Source: a virus. From it: a stretch of 64,000 nucleotides of DNA. The stretch covers positions 1 to 64,000 of the IMG/VR virus record IMGVR_UViG_3300045946_000018. One strand, written 5' to 3'. The notes under the pieces are model-generated. The model saw only the letters and a program-made list of their open reading frames with translations. It made no database searches and was not told the DNA's origin. A program made the position numbers and the translations under genes. Of this stretch, positions 45,056 through 55,430 are shown one piece after another (the stretch's first letter is position 1; each line of letters opens with the position of its first letter).

Positions 45056-45915
45056 ACGCGCGCTCCCTCAAGCACTTTAATACGTGCCGACAATTCTTGT
45101 AGTGCACCTACAAGCCACGGTACGAGTTTACTAAAATCAACTTGCTGTGGCTTGATACTGCCATCCTCATTGAGCGCATCAGGTTCGCCTGTAACAGCTT
45201 CTGGAACAACTTGCTGTAATTCATGCGCGGCAAATCCATGCCCTTCTTCACCGGTAGATTTCCATAAAAAGCGAATTGGATTGAGCGATATTATACGCTC
45301 CAGGGCGCCGGTGAGTGGGGCGATGTCGGATTTGAGGCGGGCATCACTGGAGGTGGCGTAGGTGGTGCTCGTGGCATTGGCGATAATGTAACCTACTACT
45401 GCCGCAGCGGTATTGCGAAAGACAATGGACGAGTTGCCAGACGTGTCGTCGCCGTAATTCTGAATTATCAAGCCATGACTGGTAGGCTTGTCAAACAGCA
45501 TAAATACCTTCGCATTATTGCTGACATCTGTGGTGCCAAGCACAATGTTTCCCTGGATATAGTTTGCGGCGCTGCCCTGCATAAAGAGTTGCCAGCGACC
45601 GCTGCCCACCGAGAGATTCGAGTTAAACGCCGTCAGCGGACTACCTGCCGTATCGCTGACAGTATGCTGCCGCGCGTTCACGTTTTGCTGGCCGGTGATG
45701 TCCCCGCTGGCGATGAGCGTATTCAACGTCGCACTCCCCCCCGTAATCGCCACCGCATTCGCATGCTGCTCGGCCATAGTGCCCAAGCCTAAATTATTAC
45801 GTGCTGTCGCAGCTGTCGTTGCGCCAGTACCACCACCACTAATACTCAGCGGCATACTTTGCCCGTTCCACAACGTCGCATTGAGCACACTTGTTGGATA
45901 TACGTCAACAGCCAT
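45052..45915 (-). CDS. Tail fibre with C-terminal intramolecular chaperone (peptidase S74-like)
   Basis: GGTGATTAATARNNLGLG; SSDARLK...GFAAHELQ...VDFSKLVP. Confidence 0.9.
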   Translation of the reverse strand: MAVDVYPTSVLNATLWNGQSMPLSISGGGTGATTAATARNNLGLGTMAEQHANAVAITGGSATLNTLIASGDITGQQNVNARQHTVSDTAGSPLTAFNSNLSVGSGRWQLFMQGSAANYIQGNIVLGTTDVSNNAKVFMLFDKPTSHGLIIQNYGDDTSGNSSIVFRNTAAAVVGYIIANATSTTYATSSDARLKSDIAPLTGALERIISLNPIRFLWKSTGEEGHGFAAHELQQVVPEAVTGEPDALNEDGSIKPQQVDFSKLVPWLVGALQELSARIKVLEGARV

Positions 45916-46081
45916 CTTTGCACTCCTGCTGCACTTTCTTGAGTGCGGTAATTCCACCATCAATTCTGTGCAGCGTGATTTCGAGATACGCAACACGCTC
46001 ACGTAAACGCAGCAATTCATTTTCACCAGCAGTAAATTCGTCCTGGAGACGGCTAATTTCTTGTGTAATTAATTCAAGCAT
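45905..46081 (-). CDS. Small coiled-coil protein (58 aa)
   Basis: MLELITQEISRLQDEF...; GAGGA RBS; fills the gap between fibres. Confidence 0.6.
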   Translation of the reverse strand: MLELITQEISRLQDEFTAGENELLRLRERVAYLEITLHRIDGGITALKKVQQECKDGC

Positions 46082-48653
46082 GCTGGAGTTCCTCTATCAT
46101 CGTGAGCATTTCTTGCATGCTAGCAATAACGTAAGGCAGCAGTTTTGAGCTATCCATTTGTTGCGGCATGATATTACCGCTTTCGTCTACAGCATCAGGT
46201 TCACCAGTGATGGCTTCGGGAACCAGGTGCTGAATCTCGTTAGCAACAAATCCCACGCCGCGTGAGTTATCACTACGCCAGCGCCAAGTACGCGCTGGAA
46301 TCTGGCGCAGCACGTCCAGGGCGCCGGTGATGGGGGTAATGGCGGTTTTGAGGCGAATATCGCTGGAGGTGCTGTACGCGGTCGCTGTGGCAGTCGTACT
46401 GATGGAGCCCACTTCCGCTCCAGAGGCATTGGTGAAAAACAGAGCTTTGGCGTTGGTATCTGTCGATGGCTGCACCTGGATACCGTACTGCACCCCGCTG
46501 GCGGTATACGCCACCGTGATAGCCCGAGCGCTGAGTGGACTGGCCTGCATGCCAACAGTTCCGGCAAAATAATTCGGCGCGGTGCCCTCCATATAACAGT
46601 TATAACGATTTGCTCCAGCGGCAATCAACCCACGGAAAGCGTAGCATTGATTGGATATAGGAATAGTCGGATTCAGAACTTGAAAACCACGGTATCCGCC
46701 ACAAGTACTGCCACCTGTTAGGGTCGGATCTTCTATAGTAATTCCAGCTATCGTTACATTCGATCCACTTCCTGAGTGCGGATATACGCGCTGTGCTGTC
46801 CAAGCCAAAGGATTATCTGAGTTGCCCTGGTTACTACTAAGCACCAACTGTGCCAAGCCACTAGTTGCACCGCCAAGCGCGACGCTTCCGCCCGTAATCG
46901 CCACCGCATTGGCGTGTTGCGTGGCCATGGTGCCGAGCGCATCGCCAAACTCCGTCGCATTCGCCGCCGCATTGACACGCAGGACTTTGCTGGCGTTACC
47001 AGTGTAAGTATCAGGGGTATCGCTTAAAGAGAGCAGCGTGGGATAACCAAACGAGGCGCCAACGTAGGCGGTGTAGGTCACGGCCATGCCATCGTTATAG
47101 ACGTGTCCAGTTTTTGTATCGCTAGCATTTCCGCCATCTCGAATGAGATTAAATTTTACCGTATCTCCAACTTGAACATTTCCAGACGCTAATACAACAG
47201 TGTCTTCGTAAATAAGGTTATCCGAGGCAGTAAAATTGTATTGAATCGGTCCTAACACCCCTAAAGGGGAAGCGTTATTCCGGTGCCGGAATCCTTCGCA
47301 GTACATTGTCGCGGTTCCTGTCACACTACTACGACGCTTAAAATGAAACGTTACATCACCTCCAGCATAATTTGATGGGACTTGCCAATAACATCCATGC
47401 TGAATGGGGAGCGCATCAACCCACCAATACGCATCTGCTGCTGCCCCGCTGCCTGAGTTTAATGCTATCCAAGACAGCGATGTTGTTATCGTCGTCGTCG
47501 TGCTATTACTCGGCGCGATAAATTCCAACGCCGTCGCGCCAGGATTGACGCGGACCATACTGTTGGCATTACTGGCGTAGCTATTGGGCGTATCACTTAA
47601 GCCAAGAAAGTCCGTCACGCCGCCTGGTGGAATCGTCCACGCGCCAGTGCCATCTAAATACTGCGTAGCCGCGCCAGAGAGTTTTGGTAAAAAGCCATGC
47701 TGCAAGGTGCTGGCATTGTCCGCAGTTAAATCACTGAGTTGAATATGCGTTTCCGTGACTGAACCACTTAGTAAATTAGCTTTCATCTGTCCAGCAGTAG
47801 CTTTGTCCCATGCAATTGTGGCGGTATCAGTAAGCACTCTTTCAGCGGTAAGTATTGCGTTAGTTGAACCCGTTATATATTCAGCATTGTTAGGCGCGTC
47901 CCCACTAGGAGTTACCCATGTTCCAGCACCAGTCAGAACCTGCGTCATATTGCCACTTAGTTTAGGCAAAAATCCATGCTTAGTTGTATCCGCATTATCA
48001 GCAGTACTATCACTTAACTGAATATGCGTTTCAGTTACTGAGCCAGTTAGCAAGTTTGCGGTAATTGAAGGTCCGGCGTCATTATAAGTAAAATCAATAG
48101 TAGAACTATCCACTAATATTAATCCCACCGCATCTTGTGCCTGCTCGTCGGTATATCCAGTACCGCCGCCACCGCCACCAGAACCAAACTGTATTATAGC
48201 GGCGAAAGCATTGGATATCATCCCAGTACCGCCAGTAACATAAGTTACCGCAAATAAGTACCAACTAGTGTTGTTTACAATGCTATCAATTGTATAACGT
48301 GCCCAAATTGCAGAGTCAACCTTTTCCTGTATGTACAGACTATCTCCAACTTGAATTGCACCTAAAACGTTACCAGCATTCACGCCACCATCTGTCGTTA
48401 TAGATATAGCGAAGGACGTTGTAAGTGCAAAACTTGCTGCATTTATACGAAAATTACCTGCACCAGGATCAACCATTATATCTATGTTGCGGTAAACCCA
48501 TTCACCTGTTAACGAACCTGGACTAGCAATAGTTAATGTATTTGCGGTATCATCGTAATCAATACTAATGTTAACTCCAGCTTGGAGCAATTCAGCCACT
48601 TGGTCATCTATACGTTCACCAGAAACCGGCGTAGGTTGGACTACTATTTGCAT
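46074..48653 (-). CDS. Tail fibre with intramolecular chaperone (spans the phage B/A junction)
   Basis: N-terminus homologous to 571-2025; LSDTP..Y repeats; SSDIRLK chaperone. Confidence 0.85.
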   Translation of the reverse strand: MQIVVQPTPVSGERIDDQVAELLQAGVNISIDYDDTANTLTIASPGSLTGEWVYRNIDIMVDPGAGNFRINAASFALTTSFAISITTDGGVNAGNVLGAIQVGDSLYIQEKVDSAIWARYTIDSIVNNTSWYLFAVTYVTGGTGMISNAFAAIIQFGSGGGGGGTGYTDEQAQDAVGLILVDSSTIDFTYNDAGPSITANLLTGSVTETHIQLSDSTADNADTTKHGFLPKLSGNMTQVLTGAGTWVTPSGDAPNNAEYITGSTNAILTAERVLTDTATIAWDKATAGQMKANLLSGSVTETHIQLSDLTADNASTLQHGFLPKLSGAATQYLDGTGAWTIPPGGVTDFLGLSDTPNSYASNANSMVRVNPGATALEFIAPSNSTTTTITTSLSWIALNSGSGAAADAYWWVDALPIQHGCYWQVPSNYAGGDVTFHFKRRSSVTGTATMYCEGFRHRNNASPLGVLGPIQYNFTASDNLIYEDTVVLASGNVQVGDTVKFNLIRDGGNASDTKTGHVYNDGMAVTYTAYVGASFGYPTLLSLSDTPDTYTGNASKVLRVNAAANATEFGDALGTMATQHANAVAITGGSVALGGATSGLAQLVLSSNQGNSDNPLAWTAQRVYPHSGSGSNVTIAGITIEDPTLTGGSTCGGYRGFQVLNPTIPISNQCYAFRGLIAAGANRYNCYMEGTAPNYFAGTVGMQASPLSARAITVAYTASGVQYGIQVQPSTDTNAKALFFTNASGAEVGSISTTATATAYSTSSDIRLKTAITPITGALDVLRQIPARTWRWRSDNSRGVGFVANEIQHLVPEAITGEPDAVDESGNIMPQQMDSSKLLPYVIASMQEMLTMIEELQHA

Positions 48654-48680
48654 AACTTTATTCCAGTGTTAAAATTTTAA

Positions 48681-49559
48681 TTACATAAAACTTCCCGCTA
48701 AGCCTAGCACAGCACCAGCCGCAGCTCCATATGGACCGCCTATACTAGCACCTGCCGCTGCGCCACTTAACACACCACCCAAACTTTTCTGTAACTGTGA
48801 AGGCTCATTACGTCCTACTGTCGCTGCAGCACCATTTAATGCCCCGGTAAATGCCCGTGCATATTCGAACAATCCTAAATCCCAAAGTCTATGTTTAGAT
48901 TCATATTCCAATTGTCGTGCGTCGTTATCAAATTTGGTTGAATAATACGATTTAAATAGTTCATTATATACCCCAACTACACTTGCTGACCAATCTAGAT
49001 GTTTAAACCAAATTTTGTACGACAAATCTAATGAAGCAATACGCAAATTTCCAGCAAATTCATTCACCGATTTTACATGCGCGTCATAAATGATGCTTTT
49101 CCCTATTACAAATGTAGTTGCCTGTACAGCATTAATATCTCGCATACCAATAAGAAATTGTGGCAGCACCCGCGAGTCAATTTCATCTCGTAGCAGTGCT
49201 GAGTGCGCGGCTATACTGTTAGCTACTTCTGGTCCGTGTACTACATCTTCATATACATCTCCCCATAACATATGTAAATCTAATCCACCCATAAATTTAC
49301 CAAACATATCCCATAACGAAGGAAAGTCCTCTATTCTATAAAATTGTGAAGGCTCGCCTGCAATATTACCAAAAAATCCACGCTCGGGCGTAATTCTCTC
49401 AAATACGTTACCAGTTGCATAAGGCGAATTAAAAAAAGCTTGGTTAAGCGCCTGATTCATAGTAAACACTGGTGGTACAACATCTACACCAGTAAGCATC
49501 CGATGAGTCTTTTCTAAATATGGCGCATATCGTACAGTCATTTCACCACCACCGCCCAT
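48681..49559 (-). CDS. Putative ejection/pilot protein (phage B)
   Basis: Ortholog of 2039-2911. Confidence 0.6.
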   Translation of the reverse strand: MGGGGEMTVRYAPYLEKTHRMLTGVDVVPPVFTMNQALNQAFFNSPYATGNVFERITPERGFFGNIAGEPSQFYRIEDFPSLWDMFGKFMGGLDLHMLWGDVYEDVVHGPEVANSIAAHSALLRDEIDSRVLPQFLIGMRDINAVQATTFVIGKSIIYDAHVKSVNEFAGNLRIASLDLSYKIWFKHLDWSASVVGVYNELFKSYYSTKFDNDARQLEYESKHRLWDLGLFEYARAFTGALNGAAATVGRNEPSQLQKSLGGVLSGAAAGASIGGPYGAAAGAVLGLAGSFM

Positions 49560-49990
49560 TACTTTATCCTCGCAATGAAAGTCCTGCTCGTTTCTACAAA
49601 ACCAACACGTTCTAATAATTCCGCGGCGCGGGCTACGTTCGTATTTGCTTTAATATATTCACATCCCTGCGCTAAAGCAAATTCTTTAAGACATTCCCAT
49701 GTCTCAAAGACAATTTCATCATTGCTCTTTCTAAAACCATACACCATTTCTATTATTAGATATTCTTCTTTCGTAAGCGTATCTTGACTAACACAGGTTA
49801 TTATAAATCCATAAGTTTCTCTCTGTTCATTCAACGCCGCCCATAACTGAAATTTTCCGCTAAGCAAAGAGACCAACACATTAGGCATATATCCGCTATT
49901 AACAGATATAATACGCCCAACTTGTTCAACGCCTACCTGGATTGCGGGCCATACGTCGACCAATTGTTCCGGCTGAAGCTGTATTATCAC
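49559..49990 (-). CDS. GNAT-like assembly protein (phage B)
   Basis: Ortholog of 3137-3577; GTG start with AGGAG. Confidence 0.55.
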   Translation of the reverse strand: MIIQLQPEQLVDVWPAIQVGVEQVGRIISVNSGYMPNVLVSLLSGKFQLWAALNEQRETYGFIITCVSQDTLTKEEYLIIEMVYGFRKSNDEIVFETWECLKEFALAQGCEYIKANTNVARAAELLERVGFVETSRTFIARIK

Positions 49991-51092
49991 TTCGTAAATC
50001 TCCTGCGAAAGCACCCTGTGCAATTGGTACTAGCGCACTTCGGCTAAATCTTTGGTCCGTAGTTTTATAATTAATGTTAATATAATCAATTTGAAATTCA
50101 GTAAGATAAAAACTACGGACTTTAATCCGAAATTCTTCGCCAGCACATTTAAGGAATCCCACACCACTAGGATTAACAATAACCCAAGGGGTAGAAACAA
50201 AATTGGAACTTTTAGAAAATCTGTAGTCGTAAGACAAAAACAATCTTTGATCTGTATCAGTCCCAACATGTACGCTCTCCAAAGTTTTTTGTCCACGTCG
50301 GCCAAAATCAATAATATCCGTAACAAACTCTAATGGAGTTTGCAAAATTGTACCTGGTGATTGTGTAACTAATATTCCCTCTAAATAACAATACGCACTT
50401 AAATTACCGTATCCGCCACCCATACCATTTGCAGTATAAATAAACCCACCCCGCGCATCGGAAATAATTACCCGCGTTAAATACTCGTCATAATACAAAA
50501 TTGGGTTTTGGAGTGTAGTTAAGTATTCCTGATATCCAAGAAAATTTAAATCTTGATCTGTTAATGACCAAAATTGATCATTTCGATCAATGAAATAGTG
50601 TATGGCAAGCGAACCACATACACTATCTTTACTCTTTATTCCTATTGGTAATATATTCCTAAATGCAAATGCTATTCCACTAGGCGACATTCGTGTAACA
50701 CCACTAGTACCATACACAACAGCCGAATTTTGTAATTGCTTTAACGCTAATACATATCCCCGCCAATCCATCGGCCTAAAACCAGCGTCATTAGTTCGAT
50801 CAAGTACAAAACTAGCGCTGCCAATTTTACTCCATCCTACCCAGTTTCTACGAGCCGATTCAATTACAAATTCTCCTTTTAGCTGAAAAGCTAGAAAGAT
50901 TTGAGTGTCAGTTCTAATCGGAATTCCAATCGACGTTGTACCTTGAAGTCTTAATAAAAGTCGAATTGATGCCGGGAATAAAACTACATTTAATGGTCCG
51001 CCGCGAACTTCGAATTCTAAAACGATCCAACGATTCGGCTCATCTATATTACAATTAAATGTTACGTCACGCTCTGGATTATTCTCGGCCAT
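49926..51092 (-). CDS. Tail nozzle/stabilisation-like protein (phage B)
   Basis: Ortholog of 3525-4688. Confidence 0.55.
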   Translation of the reverse strand: MAENNPERDVTFNCNIDEPNRWIVLEFEVRGGPLNVVLFPASIRLLLRLQGTTSIGIPIRTDTQIFLAFQLKGEFVIESARRNWVGWSKIGSASFVLDRTNDAGFRPMDWRGYVLALKQLQNSAVVYGTSGVTRMSPSGIAFAFRNILPIGIKSKDSVCGSLAIHYFIDRNDQFWSLTDQDLNFLGYQEYLTTLQNPILYYDEYLTRVIISDARGGFIYTANGMGGGYGNLSAYCYLEGILVTQSPGTILQTPLEFVTDIIDFGRRGQKTLESVHVGTDTDQRLFLSYDYRFSKSSNFVSTPWVIVNPSGVGFLKCAGEEFRIKVRSFYLTEFQIDYININYKTTDQRFSRSALVPIAQGAFAGDLRSDNTASAGTIGRRMARNPGRR

Positions 51093-51123
51093 TGACTACG
51101 TCCTTAATAATACGTTATCTTAT

Positions 51124-51552
51124 TTACCAAACCACCGCAATGTTTGCGATGGTAAAATTGCCGGTATCAAACGTAGTTGTGGGCGCGCCAAAGTCTATGT
51201 AACCTATAATTGGATCAGCAACTGGAGTAGTTACCGTATCATCAAAAATAATTGCCCCCTGGGAAACTATATCTCCTCCCGTGGCGAGCCACGATGCGTT
51301 ATTCCAAGTTACGCGTTCCTCATTGTTAATATTATCGCGGGTTAATGTTACTCCAGTTAGCGTTTGCCCACCCGCAGTATAGCCCGCGCCAGTTGTTAGC
51401 TCACTTGCAGTAACATCGGCGTAGCTATTATGATTTGCTCGGTCAAACGTAAATCCACTAGCCATGAGTATAATTTTAAACACATCAGCAGGAAACGAAA
51501 TAATCTTACGACCTATATCGTCTTTAAACTGGTTGCTAGGTAGCGTAGGCAT
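51124..51552 (-). CDS. Virion structural protein (phage B)
   Basis: Ortholog of 4685-5104. Confidence 0.7.
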   Translation of the reverse strand: MPTLPSNQFKDDIGRKIISFPADVFKIILMASGFTFDRANHNSYADVTASELTTGAGYTAGGQTLTGVTLTRDNINNEERVTWNNASWLATGGDIVSQGAIIFDDTVTTPVADPIIGYIDFGAPTTTFDTGNFTIANIAVVW

Positions 51553-51590
51553 ATTGGATTAGCTCCTCCAGTGTTAAAATTTTAATTCGC

Positions 51591-54146
51591 TCATCTGTAT
51601 TGCGGATCAAGCGGAATTTTATCTCGCGTTGGAGAAAAACGCCAACGTGGATCATCCTCACCATGCAAAGAATCTATTGGTTCTTTAAAATAAATCAGCG
51701 GTGTCTGCACCAATTCCCATTGCGTGCCTAGTGCCTGTGTAACCGGTAATACAATTCGTGTTGTAGCACCAAAAGGTAGAAATAAATTATCCCGCATATA
51801 CACACCGTAATCGCCTGAGTTACGTGTAGTAGTAAAATCAGTTAGTTCATAATGCTCGAACACAGCTACAGGTAAATCAAACCAAACTATGGTACTTAAC
51901 GTATAATCCACTGTACCTTGCAATTTAACTGCATAGAACATAGTCGCATCAAACGTGCTTCCATTAGCAAAACCATGATTCGTAATTCCCGTCATTGTTT
52001 TACTAGTAAATGTCATTGCGCCATCCGTGCTATAAAACAATCTATCATAACACAGCAAATAAATCGTGTTACTATCCGTCCACATATTGAACCTGGCACT
52101 GCCGATAGGTGTACTTATAATTGCCTTCGAGGTCCACGTTAGACCATCAGTCGAAGAATAAGTAGTTATACTACCGTTGGATGTACCATCCGATCTAAAT
52201 ATGCTCACGTAATAGTTGCTTCCACTGCGTACTATTCTGGCATATTTATATGCTGTACCAAACGCCCATGTTTCGCCTAAAGTGTATGTATTACCATAAT
52301 CCGTAGATAACCACAATTCAATATTCGTACCTACTTCGATTAATACCATAACTTTGCCGGTGGTGTCTTCTACAACGATCTTACCTTCGCAATTTTGTGG
52401 CCGCGCACTCGGAAATAACCGCTCATAAATTGCACCGGTATTATGATACGCTGTCTTAATTACTATGCGATGTCCTGTTACACTAGGCGAACCTAATATG
52501 CCCGCATCATCTCCACCATACATCATAAGTCCATCGAAAGCACCACTAATACTTGCTCCCGCAAGCCATTCGCGTGTATAAAACTTCTCTATTTGCCAAT
52601 AAGGCCCATACCATTGGCGCGTACTAATATTGTAACGAAGGGGTATAACTGGACACGGATAATTTATACCAAGACCATATAACATTACATCAGTGCCACG
52701 CACATCTACAGCAAAATTCCAGCAACATTTCGGTATATCTATACGAAACCCTGGCGCACCCACTGCCTTCTTATGCCAATGTCCGCATGGATTATGCTCG
52801 CTAAGTTGCTCAGGCGAATCAAGAGTAAATTGTAGTGCCGCTGGTCCAACACCGGGAGCATCTATTGCTCGCGTACCATCATCAAGTTCCGCAAAATAAG
52901 TTGCTTCGACAGCAAGATAACTATAAAGTAAATCCGTTTGTTTCTCATCTACACCAAGCGCCCCATCCTCATTTCGTCCCCAAGTCCACAATCTACCTTC
53001 GGTATCTATAGCCTGATGAAACCAGTAGCCTACACTTACATGAGTATATTGCGGTCCAGGTTGGGTTAGTGTAGGTAAAACTTCAACAGTATCCTCTACC
53101 CAACCAGGTTGATAAATTAAAAACGAAGCACTTCCCCAACCATAAATATTTCCATTTATATCCACTCCCGCTGCGCCAGTTTCCCCCACATCAATTTGTA
53201 CAAAATGTCGTCCAGTAGGATCTTTGGTAAGTACAGTAGTATAAGTTGAGCTAAATCCAAACCAATATCCTGCGGCGTAAACATCGCCATTAGATAATAA
53301 AACTACCACGCCAGAATAGCTACAACTAATCTGCGTTATCTGCACGCCCGTGGGCACAGTTAAAGGTAATTGCATTGGCGCCGCGACAGAACCATTCACT
53401 CCCCATTCCGCAATCCACCACTCACCCCAAATCCAAATTTGATTACTCTCTGTAACTATGGCAGTAACACTCCAATAAGCCGCAACAAGTTTTACAGGAC
53501 CAGGCACCCACGTCATTTCAATCGGAACTAAAGATACATAATCTTCAGCATAAGTATTATTACCAAAAGTTGTGCCATCTAAATTCTTACCCCAAATCCA
53601 AAGTGAACCATCAGGTTTTATTGCAATCATATGATATTGACCATTTATAAAATCTTTCCACACAACATCAAACAATCGTTGCGGCGTTATGGCGTGCCTA
53701 CCACCAGGAGTAAATGGAGTAGGCGGATAACCATTGCCAGTATATTGTGCAGTATCATTCCATCCACCTAAACCAAAACTCCACGGCATACCCCATCCCC
53801 ATAAATATCCTTCAGAATCTAGCGCGGTATAAAAATCTTCTCCCATTCTACATTTAACGAAATCTGATTTAGTTCCAACTTGAATAGGCTTTAAAGTTGC
53901 CGGATGATAATTACCTGGTGTTGCAGTTTCATAATACGTATCCGGATGCCGCCAAAAATTAGACGTTCCTGTGATGGATATAGGCGTTTGTCCACTGTAA
54001 CCATAAGATGTGGCACCCCACGCATAAACTCGTCCAGCATTATCTATGGCCATCTGCATGCCCCCATCACCCGCATCACCAGTAACAAAACCAAACACTT
54101 TTGGTGGCGGAGGTGGGCATACGCCATTATTTAACATTTTCCACAT
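51591..54146 (-). CDS. RCC1-repeat + BNR propeller fusion protein (phage B)
   Basis: N-half matches 6262-7605; C-half matches 5106-6269. Confidence 0.85.
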   Translation of the reverse strand: MWKMLNNGVCPPPPPKVFGFVTGDAGDGGMQMAIDNAGRVYAWGATSYGYSGQTPISITGTSNFWRHPDTYYETATPGNYHPATLKPIQVGTKSDFVKCRMGEDFYTALDSEGYLWGWGMPWSFGLGGWNDTAQYTGNGYPPTPFTPGGRHAITPQRLFDVVWKDFINGQYHMIAIKPDGSLWIWGKNLDGTTFGNNTYAEDYVSLVPIEMTWVPGPVKLVAAYWSVTAIVTESNQIWIWGEWWIAEWGVNGSVAAPMQLPLTVPTGVQITQISCSYSGVVVLLSNGDVYAAGYWFGFSSTYTTVLTKDPTGRHFVQIDVGETGAAGVDINGNIYGWGSASFLIYQPGWVEDTVEVLPTLTQPGPQYTHVSVGYWFHQAIDTEGRLWTWGRNEDGALGVDEKQTDLLYSYLAVEATYFAELDDGTRAIDAPGVGPAALQFTLDSPEQLSEHNPCGHWHKKAVGAPGFRIDIPKCCWNFAVDVRGTDVMLYGLGINYPCPVIPLRYNISTRQWYGPYWQIEKFYTREWLAGASISGAFDGLMMYGGDDAGILGSPSVTGHRIVIKTAYHNTGAIYERLFPSARPQNCEGKIVVEDTTGKVMVLIEVGTNIELWLSTDYGNTYTLGETWAFGTAYKYARIVRSGSNYYVSIFRSDGTSNGSITTYSSTDGLTWTSKAIISTPIGSARFNMWTDSNTIYLLCYDRLFYSTDGAMTFTSKTMTGITNHGFANGSTFDATMFYAVKLQGTVDYTLSTIVWFDLPVAVFEHYELTDFTTTRNSGDYGVYMRDNLFLPFGATTRIVLPVTQALGTQWELVQTPLIYFKEPIDSLHGEDDPRWRFSPTRDKIPLDPQYR

Positions 54147-54194
54147 TTGAAATTTCTCCGAAATTTCAACGAAAATAAAATTTGAACAGTGGAA

Positions 54195-54692
54195 CTATTC
54201 TCCGGTAAATCCAGTACCAACTACTTCGCCAGGTGAACCTACAATTAACTGCCCATTTAAATTCATAATACATGTACCCGGCGGTATTTCACAATCAATA
54301 TATTCTGTAAACATTCCAGTTACAGGATCACGATATACAAGTATACGACCGTTGCAGCACAAAATATAATCCCCAAAATCGGCGACAGTCCAAGTGCTAC
54401 CAGCAGGAGCATCTTGAAATACTTGCTCGGTCCCGAACGATCGTAGCTCATAAATACGCGTTTGTGTAAAGACCAATACAATTTGACGTAACACAAAAAC
54501 TTGCGGAAAAGGGAATTGGCATTGCTCGGGCAATCCAAATGTGTTATGCAAAACCGGCAAGGATTGTAGAACACCATCTTCCGGTATACATCCTTTAGCA
54601 ACATACAAAAACTCCTCGTTCCGCGGATTGTGCTCACTTGCGCGCAGGCCCCGCGCTAAACCTTCCTTAAATACTACGGCAAATTCTCTCAT
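54195..54692 (-). CDS. Conserved tail protein (phage B)
   Basis: Ortholog of 7602-8063. Confidence 0.6.
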   Translation of the reverse strand: MREFAVVFKEGLARGLRASEHNPRNEEFLYVAKGCIPEDGVLQSLPVLHNTFGLPEQCQFPFPQVFVLRQIVLVFTQTRIYELRSFGTEQVFQDAPAGSTWTVADFGDYILCCNGRILVYRDPVTGMFTEYIDCEIPPGTCIMNLNGQLIVGSPGEVVGTGFTGE

Positions 54693-55027
54693 AAATTCCC
54701 CAAAACTTTATCGAGTTGTTCAACGCCCATTTTTGGCGCAGAGGCTAATTTACTTTGTTGGGATAATAATTTACGCACTTCAGGCGCAGCAAGATCCAAT
54801 AAATCTTGTACAGATTTACCAGGGTACTTAATTTCAAGCTGCTCTATTACCGTCCCAACAGTTTCTTTATGCTTAACTAAATCTTTGTGTTGCTCGTAAA
54901 ATTGATTTGATAACTCCTTCATGGTAGACATGTTGTTAATTAAATGCGCTATTACTCCTGGAAGTAATAATAAAACATGCTCGGTTATTTCACGCGTAAG
55001 TTCAGCGCGTTCCTCTGGAGTAATCAT
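54689..55027 (-). CDS. Hypothetical protein (phage B)
   Basis: Ortholog of 8063-8398. Confidence 0.75.
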   Translation of the reverse strand: MITPEERAELTREITEHVLLLLPGVIAHLINNMSTMKELSNQFYEQHKDLVKHKETVGTVIEQLEIKYPGKSVQDLLDLAAPEVRKLLSQQSKLASAPKMGVEQLDKVLGNL

Positions 55028-55051
55028 TTTGCAAATCTCCGATTTGCAATT

Positions 55052-55228
55052 TTAATCCATACCATTCTTTTTCTTTCTACGCTGAATAAAATCAGGGTCT
55101 TCTTCGATAGCATAAAGCAACCGTTGTTGGGCTTTAGCTTTAGCTTTAGTTGTGTGTTTAGCTTTTACGCCATGAGGTGAGCGAACTTCATAATCACCCT
55201 TTTTAGTTTTGGATACTTTGTAAGGCAT
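55052..55228 (-). CDS. Small basic protein (phage B; start MPYKVSK)
   Basis: Ortholog of 8400-8576. Confidence 0.8.
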   Translation of the reverse strand: MPYKVSKTKKGDYEVRSPHGVKAKHTTKAKAKAQQRLLYAIEEDPDFIQRRKKKNGMD

Positions 55229-55251
55229 TTTCCATTCTCCTCTTATTTTAA

Positions 55252-55430
55252 GCACCAAACATTTTTTCCGGCTCCTGGAATTTAGCATAATTCCTTTGAC
55301 AGATTGCGTGCACAGCAAGCAAGGCGACGTCCAGCTCCGCTGCCCGTCCAGATGGAAGCTGTGCACGGGAACTGGGAGCAATCTGTCAAAGTGATGCTAA
55401 ATTCCAAACCAGAAAAAATGGAATGGTGCG
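55252..55430. repeat. Long imperfect inverted repeat (phage B)
   Basis: cattttttc/gaaaaaatg, tggaatttagcat/atgctaaattcca, ctttgacagattgc/gcaatctgtcaaag, gtgcacagc/gctgtgcac. Confidence 0.9.

Larger units (their letters stand above)
1..46805. mobile_element. Phage A: apparently complete, circularly permuted podovirus-like genome (~46.8 kb)
   Basis: Bases 1-99 are identical to 46806-46904. One full set of terminase, portal, capsid, tail and replication genes lies between. The ORF cut at position 1 continues in frame at 46805. Confidence 0.85.

Noticed and set aside
45052-48653. Diversity-generating retroelement or invertase-based fibre switching
   Set aside because: No reverse transcriptase or recombinase, the repeats are direct, and differences are not adenine-specific.
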